A model generated the notes under the pieces. The model searched no databases. It worked only from the letters and a program-made list of their open reading frames with translations, and was not told the DNA's origin. From Clostridia bacterium (lineage in GTDB: Bacteria > Bacillota > Clostridia > Christensenellales > CAG-138): a stretch of DNA of 64,000 bases. Made by a program: the position numbers and the translations under genes. Within the stretch, counting starts at the first letter, position 1; each line of letters begins with the position of its first letter. Below, in pieces: positions 19,484 to 27,909 of the stretch. The stretch is taken from the NCBI GenBank assembly GCA_017538255.1, contig JAFYJD010000012.1, positions 5,714 to 69,713 on the forward strand. The letters run 5' to 3'.

Positions 19484-20497
19484 ATGGACTACACTATAGA
19501 TCAACTCAAAAGACTTATGGCTGTTGACAGCCCCAGCGGCTACACCAAAAAAGCAGCCGAATACATTATGGGCGAACTTGAGTCCTTGGGCTTTAAGCCC
19601 GAGATGACCCGCAAGGGCTGCGTTCTCTGCTGCCTCGGCGGCAAGGGCACTCCGACCGTATTTTCCGCGCACATCGACACGCTTGGAGCGATGGTGGCGG
19701 GCATCAAAGGCAACGGAAGGCTCAGGCTCACCCGCATCGGCGGTATGAATCCCAACAACGCAGAGACCGAAAACGCCCGCGTTTACACACGCGACGGCAA
19801 GGTCTACGAGGGCTGCTTCCAGATGAACGATCCCTCCGTCCACGTAAACGGCAAGTACAGCGAACAAAAGCGCGATTGGGACGGTATGGAACTCGTTCTT
19901 GACGAAAAGGTGTTCTCCGCGGACGATACCAAGAATCTCGGCATCGCAACGGGCGATTATGTCTGCTTTGACCCGCGCACGACCGTAACGGCTTCCGGCT
20001 ACATAAAGAGCCGCTTCCTCGACGATAAACTCAGCGCCGCGATACTTCTCGATCTTGCAAGACGCATTTCAAAAGGTGAGATCGCACTCAAGCGCAAAGT
20101 CTATATCTATATGACGGTCTTTGAGGAGGTCGGGCACGGCTGCTCAAGCGGCATACCGGGCGATGCGGAGGAGATCATCAGCGTGGATATGGGCTGCGTG
20201 GGCGAAGGGCTTGAATGCAAGGAGCATCAGGTCTCCATCTGCGTCAAGGACTCCCACGGCCCGTACAACTATGAACTGACCGACCGCCTTGTGTCGCTCG
20301 CAAAGAAGCATAATATCGATTACGCGCTCGATGTTTACCCGTTCTACGGCTCGGATGCGGACGCCGCGCTCGACGCGGGCTACGATCTGAGGCACGGGCT
20401 CATCGGGGCTGGGGTCTATGCTTCACACGGCTATGAACGCTCGCATATAGACGGCGTAAAGAATACGCTCGAACTGATCAAAGCCTATATAACCTAA
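19484..20497 (+). CDS. M42-family metallopeptidase (glutamyl aminopeptidase/CelM-like)
   Basis: MDYTIDQLKRLMAVDSPSGYT...SAHIDTLGAMV... is typical of the M42 family. RBS AAAGGAGG. Confidence 0.85.
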   Translation: MDYTIDQLKRLMAVDSPSGYTKKAAEYIMGELESLGFKPEMTRKGCVLCCLGGKGTPTVFSAHIDTLGAMVAGIKGNGRLRLTRIGGMNPNNAETENARVYTRDGKVYEGCFQMNDPSVHVNGKYSEQKRDWDGMELVLDEKVFSADDTKNLGIATGDYVCFDPRTTVTASGYIKSRFLDDKLSAAILLDLARRISKGEIALKRKVYIYMTVFEEVGHGCSSGIPGDAEEIISVDMGCVGEGLECKEHQVSICVKDSHGPYNYELTDRLVSLAKKHNIDYALDVYPFYGSDADAALDAGYDLRHGLIGAGVYASHGYERSHIDGVKNTLELIKAYIT

Positions 20498-20514
20498 TGA
20501 TTCAAGATAAATAA

Positions 20515-20550
20515 AGCGTGCGGAAACCGTGTTTCCACACGCTTTTTTTC
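20515..20550. terminator. bidirectional rho-independent terminator
   Basis: agcgtgcggaaac / gtttccacacgct stem flanked by an A-rich run on the left and ttttttt on the right. It lies between convergent genes. Confidence 0.7.
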
Positions 20551-20553
20551 ACT

Positions 20554-21810
20554 TTATCGGCAGTTGTTTATAAGATCGACCAGTTTTTCCTTGCTGAATG
20601 TGCCGTTTGAAAGCATCTCTGTATTTCCGAAGAATCCGATGCTTAGAATATAAGGATCATTTGCTCCGTCATAGGCAAAAATCGTTCTGTTATTCATCGG
20701 ACGGCACAGTATCCGACCGTCATCGGTCAGATAGAATACGTTCCAAGAGAGGTAATAATCGGGACTTTCAGCCTTTGGATACAGCGTAAACTTCATAGCC
20801 GAACTTATGTTATCCGATATTCCGCAGGCGCAAGTGTAATCGAATGCATAATATGAAGGACATAGTTTCTCACCGGTTTCATCGACCGATTCAGCGCCGA
20901 CGCCTTCGTCAAAAATTTTTGATAGCGCGATCAGATTCTCGCGGCCTGTCAAATGAACGGACTCTCCATTGTATTCGATCATAACTGCCATATAATCTTC
21001 ATACAGCGGGTCGAAGTCCATAAAAGCTGATGAAAACTTAAACAGGACCGGGTTGACATCCTTGGTTTCATATTGGGCATAGTGGTACGCCATCGCGGCA
21101 AGCGCGGCCATTGTCTCGCCCTCAAGCGGCGCTTTGCTCATATAATCGTAATCGATATGGGCGTCTTCGTCAAAATTGAGTTTAGCGGCGGCAGTAGTAT
21201 GATAGACGTAACCGCTGGCGTAAACGAAAAGATTGTCGGTATCCGTGCCGTTTTGCAGGTATATGCAAAGCCAGGGGACTAAGTCGGGCTGTTTATCGCA
21301 GACTACAAAATCCTGTTTAAGCGTGTTCATTAGCACATAAGCGGAATCGGTCTGCTCCGTTATTGCACGGGACGGAAAACTATTGTAGGTGTTTCCGTCG
21401 ATCAAACAGAAGGATATGCCGTATCCGAAAAACGAGGGGGTCGTTTCATCATTAGGCGGCAGATCGGAAAAGGTATAGGTATAATAACTTTTGTCGAAGC
21501 ATACCTGCACCTCATTTTTTGCAATGGGCTGTCTGCAGTATTCGACGGGGTCGATCGAGCTTCCGTTCAGCTTGTAGGAAACGCCGGAAAGATCGGCACA
21601 AAGTCTGTCAAGATCAACGCTTCCGTCTGCGCGCACGGTAACAGGAGGCAGCGTCGCAGGCGAAACGGGGGAGTAAGACTGCTCATCGACAGGCGCGCTT
21701 TGATCGACACCGGGCGTCTGCTGCGTCGAGTCTGCGTTGTTGACGCAGGCAGCAAACGCAAACGAAACAAGACATAAAAGCGTAGCGCCAAGCAGAGAGA
21801 TTAATCGCAT
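20554..21810 (-). CDS. orphan Cys-rich lipoprotein, unknown function
   Basis: Lipobox LVSFAFAAC after MRLISLLGATLLC, RBS AAGGAGG, and a Pro/Ser/Thr/Gln-rich linker. I recognise no domain. Confidence 0.7.
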   Translation of the reverse strand: MRLISLLGATLLCLVSFAFAACVNNADSTQQTPGVDQSAPVDEQSYSPVSPATLPPVTVRADGSVDLDRLCADLSGVSYKLNGSSIDPVEYCRQPIAKNEVQVCFDKSYYTYTFSDLPPNDETTPSFFGYGISFCLIDGNTYNSFPSRAITEQTDSAYVLMNTLKQDFVVCDKQPDLVPWLCIYLQNGTDTDNLFVYASGYVYHTTAAAKLNFDEDAHIDYDYMSKAPLEGETMAALAAMAYHYAQYETKDVNPVLFKFSSAFMDFDPLYEDYMAVMIEYNGESVHLTGRENLIALSKIFDEGVGAESVDETGEKLCPSYYAFDYTCACGISDNISSAMKFTLYPKAESPDYYLSWNVFYLTDDGRILCRPMNNRTIFAYDGANDPYILSIGFFGNTEMLSNGTFSKEKLVDLINNCR

Positions 21811-21975
21811 AATAGATACCTCCTTTGATGAAATTATAAAATGCAATTTTAAGCATACAGTATAACACCCTCATTGTCAATACTTGAGATAACATATATT
21901 CGATCGTTCCGCAGCGTGTAAATAACTATATTGTGGCAAAACTGTTAACTGTAATTTTTATCCACATTATAACTT

Positions 21976-22004
21976 TTGACCTTATCGCCAAAAAACAATA
22001 TAAT
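21976..22004 (+). promoter_or_regulatory. putative sigma-A promoter of the lyase gene
   Basis: TTGACC (21976-21981), 17 nt, TATAAT (21999-22004). Confidence 0.45.
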
Positions 22005-22087
22005 GATAATGGAAAAAATGAGCGCGGAATATGACGGCATTTCCCGCGCACGAACGCAGTTTTCCGAGAGATGAAAGGAGAATCCAA

Positions 22088-23533
22088 ATGGAAAAGATCG
22101 GTTATTACAACAGAAAGCCAATGCCGCTTGAAATGCACAAGGTCTGCATAGTTCAAAAGGCGGAACTTCTGCCCGTTGAGGAGCGCGTTAAGGCGATACG
22201 CAAAGCGGGCTTCAACTCATACCGTATGGAATCCGCGGATATCTATCTTGATATGCTCACGGACAGCGGCGTCAACGCAATGACCAATGAACAGCTCGGC
22301 GCGATGATGCTTGGCGACGACTGCTATGCGGGAAGCAGAACATATTTTAGGCTCGCCGATAAGATAAAAGAGATATTCAACAAGGACTATTTTCTTCCCG
22401 TTCATCAGGGCAGGGCTTGCGAGCATATGCTCGCGCTTGCCTATGTTCAGCCCAAGCCCGGCAGCATCGTTCCGATGAACTTTCAGTTCGGCACTTCGGT
22501 CGGCAAGATCAAATACTGCGGCGGCGACTATGTGATCTGTCTGCGTGAAGAGGGGCTTGAGACCGCGAGCAGCGATCCGTTCAAGGGCGACTTCGATCTT
22601 GTAAAACTCGAGGGCATTCTCCGCGAACAGGCCGAAAACGTCGCTTTCGTCCGCATCGAGGCGGGCACCAATCTTATCGGCGGTCAGCCGATTTCGCTTG
22701 ACAATATGCTTGCCGTATCGGAACTCTGCAAAAAGTACGGGGTACTGTCCGTTCTTGACGCAAGTCTGCTTCAGGATAATCTGCATTTTATTAAGACCCG
22801 CGAGAACGCGTATCAGAATAAGAGCATCCGCGAGATCGTGCGCGCGCTCTCCGATGCTGTGGACATCATTTACTTCAGCGCGCGCAAACTCGGCTTCGGC
22901 AGGGGCGGCGCGATAATCCTCAACGATGAAAAAGAGTTTGAACACATAAAAACCTTCGTCGCATCGTTCGAGGGCTATCCCACTTTTGGCGGTATGAGCG
23001 TAAAAGAAATGGAAGCGATCCGCGTAGGTCTCGACGACACTATGGATGAGCGCATCATCTGCCAGGGTCCGCAGTTCATCGAGTATCTTGCAAATGAACT
23101 CGAGGACGCCGGCGTACCCGTCGTTACGCCGCCGGGCGGTCTTGGCTGCCATCTTGACGCAGAGAAGTTCGTGCCGCATATCCCGCATTCAAAATATCCC
23201 GCCGGCAGCCTTGCTTCCGCCATCTACATCTCTTCCGGCGCTCGCGGAATGGAGCGCGGGGCGATCGATGAGCCGTGGGAGGAGGATGGCGTAGCGCCTT
23301 ACGGTGCAATGGAACTTGTTCGCCTTGCGGTACCGCGCAGGGTATACACAGTATCCCAACTCAATTATCTGATCGACCGCGTATGCTGGCTGTACGACAA
23401 CCGCGAACTCATTGAAGGGTTGCAGTTTAGCACCAAGGGACCGCATAACTTCTACGATGCGCTTGAGCCGGTATCCGACTGGCCGGAGAGGCTTGCCGCA
23501 AAGTTCCGCAAGGATTTCGGCGACTCGCTGTGA
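22088..23533 (+). CDS. beta-eliminating lyase family protein (tryptophanase / tyrosine phenol-lyase homologue, divergent)
   Basis: Collinear with E. coli TnaA motifs: DMLTDSGVNAM, GDDCYAGSRTY, HQGRACEH, FKGDFDL, GGQPISL, PLP-Lys region FSARKLG, EGYPTFGG, LVRLAVPRRVYT. Start ATG 22088 after GAAAGGAG. Confidence 0.85.
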   Translation: MEKIGYYNRKPMPLEMHKVCIVQKAELLPVEERVKAIRKAGFNSYRMESADIYLDMLTDSGVNAMTNEQLGAMMLGDDCYAGSRTYFRLADKIKEIFNKDYFLPVHQGRACEHMLALAYVQPKPGSIVPMNFQFGTSVGKIKYCGGDYVICLREEGLETASSDPFKGDFDLVKLEGILREQAENVAFVRIEAGTNLIGGQPISLDNMLAVSELCKKYGVLSVLDASLLQDNLHFIKTRENAYQNKSIREIVRALSDAVDIIYFSARKLGFGRGGAIILNDEKEFEHIKTFVASFEGYPTFGGMSVKEMEAIRVGLDDTMDERIICQGPQFIEYLANELEDAGVPVVTPPGGLGCHLDAEKFVPHIPHSKYPAGSLASAIYISSGARGMERGAIDEPWEEDGVAPYGAMELVRLAVPRRVYTVSQLNYLIDRVCWLYDNRELIEGLQFSTKGPHNFYDALEPVSDWPERLAAKFRKDFGDSL

Positions 23534-23546
23534 TCGATAAACCTTT

Positions 23547-23576
23547 GGCCCGAAGATTCGGGCCTTTTCTTTTTTA
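23547..23576 (+). terminator. rho-independent terminator
   Basis: ggcccgaa / ttcgggcc stem followed by a T-rich run. Confidence 0.75.
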
Positions 23577-23614
23577 TGATAATACGAATATATTGAAGCG
23601 GGCAAGAAAAACTA

Positions 23615-23642
23615 TTGACAATTCAGATAAATATGCTATAAT
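23615..23642 (+). promoter_or_regulatory. putative sigma-A promoter of ylxM-ffh
   Basis: TTGACA (23615-23620), 16 nt, TATAAT (23637-23642). Confidence 0.5.
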
Positions 23643-23646
23643 ACCC

Positions 23647-23674
23647 AACTGTAAAGCGGTTTGCCTTTACAGTT
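23647..23674 (+). promoter_or_regulatory. perfect 10-bp 5'-UTR stem-loop
   Basis: aactgtaaag (23647-23656), 8-nt loop, ctttacagtt (23665-23674), lying between the -10 box and the ylxM RBS. Confidence 0.5.
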
Positions 23675-23687
23675 AAGCGAGGCTTTT

Positions 23688-24047
23688 GTGCAGGACAGAT
23701 TCGAACTCAATCTTCTTTTCGATTATTACGGTGCGTTTCTGACGGATACGCAGCGCGATATTTTGCGGTTGTCCTGCGATGAAGACCTTTCGCTTTCTGA
23801 GATAGCGGAGCAGCGCGGCATATCTCGCCAGGGCGTGAGGGATGCTCTGACCCGAGCGGAGAAAACACTTACTGAGTTCGAGCAGCGTTTGGGGCTTATC
23901 AAGCGAGACCGCTGCGCGATAGAACTGATCGCCGCCGTCAGAACGGAGGCCGAAGTTCTCCTTGATAAAACCAAGCCCGAAAACACTCCGCTGTTTTCAA
24001 AACTCAATTATCTTTCCGAACTGATGGAGGGAAACGATGGCGTTTGA
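23688..24047 (+). CDS. ylxM: YlxM/UPF0122 putative DNA-binding protein (SRP operon)
   Basis: LLFDYYGAFLTDTQRDIL...LSLSEIAEQRGISRQGVRDAL helix-turn-helix, immediately upstream of and overlapping ffh. I prefer the GTG 23688 start, because the track TTG start lies in the loop of the UTR hairpin. Confidence 0.8.
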   Translation: MQDRFELNLLFDYYGAFLTDTQRDILRLSCDEDLSLSEIAEQRGISRQGVRDALTRAEKTLTEFEQRLGLIKRDRCAIELIAAVRTEAEVLLDKTKPENTPLFSKLNYLSELMEGNDGV

Positions 24048-25383
24048 GGGTCTTTCGTCAAAACTTCAAAACATATTCAAAAAACTCGGCAATCGCGGCA
24101 AATTGACCGAAAAAGAGGTCAAAGAAGCGATGCGCGAGGTAAAACTCGCCCTGCTTGAAGCGGATGTCAACTTTACCGTTGTCAAATCCTTCATCAATAC
24201 CGTTTCCGAACGCGCCGTCGGTGCCGAGGTGCTCGAAAGCCTTACGCCCTCACAGCAGATCATCAAGATCGTAAATGAGGAACTCACCTCGCTGATGGGC
24301 GGCTCCGTATCAAAACTCGATTTCGGGCCCAAAAAGCCCTCGGTATTTCTGCTCGCCGGTCTTCAAGGAGCAGGTAAGACCACGATGGCCGGTAAACTCG
24401 CGGCGTACCTCTCAAAGACGCAGGGCAAAAAGCCCTTGCTCGTCGCCTGCGATATCTACCGCCCCGCCGCGATAAAACAGCTTCAGGTTGTCGGCGAGAA
24501 GGTCGGCGTTCCCGTGTTCGAGAGGGGAACGCAGGATCCCGTCCAAACCGTAAAAGAGGCTATCGCTTTTGCCGAAAGCCGACTTATGGATCTCGTAATC
24601 ATCGATACCGCGGGACGTTTGCATATCGATGAAACGATGATGGATGAGATATCCGCGATAAAGAACTTCGCTTCGCCCGCCGAAACGCTCCTCGTCGTCG
24701 ACGCGATGACGGGTCAGGACGCCGTAAACGTCGCTGCTTCATTTAACGAAAAACTCGGGCTTACGGGCGTTATCATCACAAAACTCGACGGCGATACCCG
24801 CGGCGGCGCGGCGCTGTCTGTCCGTGAGGTAACTGGCAAGCCCATCAAGTTTTCCGGCATCGGCGAAAAACTTACCGATATCGAGCCATTCTATCCGGAC
24901 AGGATGGCTTCGAGGATACTCGGTATGGGCGATGTGCTGACGCTCATCGAAAAAGCCGAGCAGGCTTATGACGAAAAGCAGGCGCTCGAACTTGCCGCAA
25001 AGATCAAGAACGACGATTTCAACCTCGAAGACTTCCTCGAGCAGTTCCAACAGATGAAGAAACTCGGCTCGATGGAAGAGATACTCGGAATGATGCCGGG
25101 TATCGACGCCTCCAAACTCAAGGACGTGGAGATCGACCAAAAGGCGACGGGGCGTATGGAGGCGATCATCCGCTCTATGACTCCGAGGGAGAGGCGCAAA
25201 CCCGAACTCCTGAACGCCAGCCGCAAAAAACGCATCGCTGCTGGCAGCGGAACAAGCGTCCAGGAAGTTAACAGGCTGCTCAAGCAGTTTGAGCAATCCC
25301 GCCAGATTATGAAACAGTTCTCCGGCAAGGGCAAAAAACGCCGCGGACTTCTTCGCGGACTGCTCGGTAAAGGCGGCTTTTGA
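24037..25383 (+). CDS. ffh: signal recognition particle protein Ffh
   Basis: NG domain (GLQGAGKTT, DTAGR, TKLDGD) and a Met-rich M domain. Confidence 0.98.
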   Translation: MAFEGLSSKLQNIFKKLGNRGKLTEKEVKEAMREVKLALLEADVNFTVVKSFINTVSERAVGAEVLESLTPSQQIIKIVNEELTSLMGGSVSKLDFGPKKPSVFLLAGLQGAGKTTMAGKLAAYLSKTQGKKPLLVACDIYRPAAIKQLQVVGEKVGVPVFERGTQDPVQTVKEAIAFAESRLMDLVIIDTAGRLHIDETMMDEISAIKNFASPAETLLVVDAMTGQDAVNVAASFNEKLGLTGVIITKLDGDTRGGAALSVREVTGKPIKFSGIGEKLTDIEPFYPDRMASRILGMGDVLTLIEKAEQAYDEKQALELAAKIKNDDFNLEDFLEQFQQMKKLGSMEEILGMMPGIDASKLKDVEIDQKATGRMEAIIRSMTPRERRKPELLNASRKKRIAAGSGTSVQEVNRLLKQFEQSRQIMKQFSGKGKKRRGLLRGLLGKGGF

Positions 25384-25447
25384 CAACACCAAAAACGGGT
25401 AAACCGATTGGAAATATTTACAAAACAAAACTTTTGGAGGAATTACT

Positions 25448-25690
25448 ATGCTTAAGATCAGACTTCGCAGAATGGGCGCAAAAAAGGCTCCTTTCTACCG
25501 CATCGTTGTTGCGGACTCCCGCGCACCCCGCGACGGTGCGTTCGTTGAGGAGATCGGCTACTACAACCCCCTCACCGATCCCGAAGAGGTAGTTGTCAAC
25601 GCGGAAAAAGCAAAGCAGTGGATCAAGAACGGCGCTCAGCCCACCGAGACCGTTCGCGGCCTGTTCAAGAAGAACGGCGTTATTGACTAA
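25448..25690 (+). CDS. rpsP: 30S ribosomal protein S16
   Basis: [30 protein letters not shown]. Confidence 0.98.
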   Translation: MLKIRLRRMGAKKAPFYRIVVADSRAPRDGAFVEEIGYYNPLTDPEEVVVNAEKAKQWIKNGAQPTETVRGLFKKNGVID

Positions 25691-26007
25691 TGGAAGCAGC
25701 AAAAACCATATCTGTTGAAGAAGTCGTCGCGCTCGTTGAATACATCGCAAAGAGCCTTGTAGACGAGCCCGATGCTGTCGTTGTTAAGGTAAAGCCGCAG
25801 ACCGACTGCGATGAGGGCGCCGTGAGCGAATACGATGATGAAGATGTGACTGCCGATGATAAGCACGTCACTCTTGAACTCACCGTTGGAAAGAACGATA
25901 CCGGCAAGGTCATCGGCAAGCAGGGAAGGATCGCCAAGGCTATCCGCACCGTCGTTCGCGCCGCTACCGTAAAAGGCGATACCAAGTACCGTATCGACAT
26001 TATCTAA
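25690..26007 (+). CDS. khpA: KH-domain RNA-binding protein KhpA (YlqC-like), with an acidic insertion
   Basis: GKVIGKQGRIAKAIRTVV KH core. TAATG overlap with rpsP. 105 aa, longer than the roughly 80 aa I expect for this family. Confidence 0.8.
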   Translation: MEAAKTISVEEVVALVEYIAKSLVDEPDAVVVKVKPQTDCDEGAVSEYDDEDVTADDKHVTLELTVGKNDTGKVIGKQGRIAKAIRTVVRAATVKGDTKYRIDII

Positions 26008-26015
26008 CACGCTAT

Positions 26016-26075
26016 GATTTGAAAAAGCCGCTGATACTTTGTATCATCATGCGTGCTTTTTCAAATCTGTTTTTA
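26016..26075 (+). promoter_or_regulatory. intercistronic stem-loop / attenuator-like structure between khpA and rimM
   Basis: Perfect 13-bp inverted repeat gatttgaaaaagc (26016-26028) / gctttttcaaatc (26055-26067), with an inner tgatac/gtatca hairpin, followed by tgttttta. Confidence 0.5.
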
Positions 26076-26080
26076 TCACT

Positions 26081-26602
26081 ATGGATCATTTCAGGATAGG
26101 ACTGTTTTTGCGCCCACACGGCGTACACGGCGAGATAAAGATAAAACCGCTGACAGATGATGTTTCGCGCTTCAAAAAACTGCGTGAAGCGTTCGTCGAG
26201 ATGCAGGAAAACAGTTTTACGCCCGTTGCCGTTACTTCGTCGAAGATTCTCTCGGGTAACGGCGTAGCTGTCAAGATCGATGGTTATAACACCGTCGAAC
26301 AGGCGGAATCCCTGCACGGAAAATACCTATGCGTGGATCGGGCGCATGCGGTGAAACTGCCTGAGGGCACATATTTTGTAAGTGATCTTATCTCCTGCCG
26401 CGTTGTTTCGTCCGACGGTGATGAACTGGGATTCATCGAAGATATCTACGAAACGAACGCAAATGACGTTTACGTTGTTCGCGGCAAGCAAAAACTATCC
26501 GTTCCAGCGCTGAAAAAATTACTTGACAGGGTCGACGTTGAGAATAAACTCATCGTATTCAACGCTCAGGTGCTTTCCGAGGTAGGTCTGTTTGAGGATT
26601 GA
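26081..26602 (+). CDS. rimM: 16S rRNA processing protein RimM
   Basis: MDHFRIGLFLRPHGVHGEIKIKPLTDD is a typical RimM N-terminus. Position upstream of trmD. Confidence 0.9.
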   Translation: MDHFRIGLFLRPHGVHGEIKIKPLTDDVSRFKKLREAFVEMQENSFTPVAVTSSKILSGNGVAVKIDGYNTVEQAESLHGKYLCVDRAHAVKLPEGTYFVSDLISCRVVSSDGDELGFIEDIYETNANDVYVVRGKQKLSVPALKKLLDRVDVENKLIVFNAQVLSEVGLFED

Positions 26603-27329
26603 CGTACTTACAATTTTTCCGGAAATGTTCGGCGTACTCGACGTGAGTATGCTCAAAAGAGCGCGCGAAAACGGGCTTATTGAGTTCTATGCGCACAACA
26701 TACGAGAGCATTCCGTTAATAAACATCGCAACACGGACGATTACCCGTACGGCGGCGGTGCGGGTATGGTTATGCTTGCGCAGCCGATCTTCGATTGCTT
26801 CGACTATGTCAAATCGCTGGACGGGCGCAGAGCACGCTGCATCTATATGGGCCCAAGGGGCAGACGGCTCGATCAAAAATTCGCGGAGGAACTTTCAAAA
26901 GAGGAAAGGCTCATCATCCTTGCGGGGCACTATGAAGGCATCGATGAGCGCGTTATGTCGCTTATAGACGACGAGGTTTCGATAGGGGACTACGTGCTGA
27001 CGGGCGGCGAACTGCCCGCCATGGTGCTTATTGACTGCGTTTCGCGCTTTATCCCCGGTGTTCTTGGCTCAAGCGAATCCGCCTTGGATGAGAGTTTTTC
27101 GGGCGACGGGCTGCTTGAATATCCGCAGTATACGCGGCCCGCGGATTTTCGCGGAATGCTCGTGCCGGAGGTGCTTTTAAACGGCAATCACGCCGAGATA
27201 GCAAAGTGGCGGAGAGAGAAGGCGATTATGACGACGCTGAATAATCGTCCCGACTTATTGGAAAAAGCCGAACTAAGCGATAAGGAAAAAGCGTTTATTG
27301 AGGGCATAAAGAACGAAAATATACCGTAA
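26592..27329 (+). CDS. trmD: tRNA (guanine37-N1)-methyltransferase TrmD
   Basis: MRIDVLTIFPEMF...DDYPYGGGAGMVM...GHYEGIDERV. TTG start overlapping the rimM end. Confidence 0.97.
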   Translation: MRIDVLTIFPEMFGVLDVSMLKRARENGLIEFYAHNIREHSVNKHRNTDDYPYGGGAGMVMLAQPIFDCFDYVKSLDGRRARCIYMGPRGRRLDQKFAEELSKEERLIILAGHYEGIDERVMSLIDDEVSIGDYVLTGGELPAMVLIDCVSRFIPGVLGSSESALDESFSGDGLLEYPQYTRPADFRGMLVPEVLLNGNHAEIAKWRREKAIMTTLNNRPDLLEKAELSDKEKAFIEGIKNENIP

Positions 27330-27355
27330 TTTGGCTCAATATTGCGATTTTGCTA

Positions 27356-27384
27356 TTGCATTCCAACTTCAAATATGCTATAAT
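27356..27384 (+). promoter_or_regulatory. putative internal sigma-A promoter for rplS
   Basis: TTGCAT (27356-27361), 17 nt, TATAAT (27379-27384). Confidence 0.5.
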
Positions 27385-27397
27385 TAGACGTTATCTG

Positions 27398-27432
27398 GGC
27401 GTTCCAATGTCCGTGTGTCGGTTAAGAACGCC
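27398..27432 (+). promoter_or_regulatory. possible ribosomal protein L19 leader hairpin
   Basis: ggcgttc (27398-27404) pairs with gaacgcc (27426-27432), enclosing an inner ccg/cgg hairpin, about 20 nt upstream of the rplS start. Firmicutes are known to have an L19 leader, but I cannot align it from memory. Confidence 0.35.
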
Positions 27433-27452
27433 TGTATTTAAGGAGATATAAA

Positions 27453-27806
27453 ATGTCAGACATCATCAGAGAACTCGAAAAAGAGCAGATCAGAACCGAC
27501 CTCCCCAAACTCGAGATCGGCGACACCGTCAGGGTCTATGTAAAGGTTGTTGAAGGCAACCGCGAGAGGCTCCAGAACTTCGAAGGCATCGTTATCAAGA
27601 TGCAGGGCGGCGGTATCCGCAAGAGCTTCACCGTTCGCCGCATCAGCTACGGCGTTGGTGTTGAGAGGACTTTCCCCTACAACAGCCCGCGTATCGGCAA
27701 GATCGAAGTTGTACGCCACGGCGTAGTCCGCAGGGCCAAGCTTTACTACCTCCGTGAGAGGACCGGTAAGGCCGCCAAGATCAAGGAGCGCATCGTTACC
27801 AAATAA
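27453..27806 (+). CDS. rplS: 50S ribosomal protein L19
   Basis: [31 protein letters not shown]. Confidence 0.98.
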   Translation: MSDIIRELEKEQIRTDLPKLEIGDTVRVYVKVVEGNRERLQNFEGIVIKMQGGGIRKSFTVRRISYGVGVERTFPYNSPRIGKIEVVRHGVVRRAKLYYLRERTGKAAKIKERIVTK

Positions 27807-27819
27807 TCCTTGCATTTTT

Positions 27820-27850
27820 CGCCCCCGAACTTTTTGTTCGGGGGCGTTTG
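27820..27850 (+). terminator. rho-independent terminator after rplS
   Basis: cgcccccgaac / gttcgggggcg 11-bp stem followed by ttt. Confidence 0.8.
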
Positions 27851-27909
27851 ATTATCGATAAAAGTATGATATAATCAAATCGAAGAATAATGAATTACGG
27901 AGCAGGAGT

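Noticed and set aside
22009-22074. A possible tnaC-like leader peptide (MEKMSAEYDGISRARTQFSER) upstream of the tryptophanase-family gene.
   Set aside because: The ATG sits about 5 nt after the -10 box, so it would be at or before the mRNA 5' end and has no Shine-Dalgarno sequence. The peptide lacks Trp or any resemblance to TnaC, and there is no rho-utilisation or terminator arrangement.
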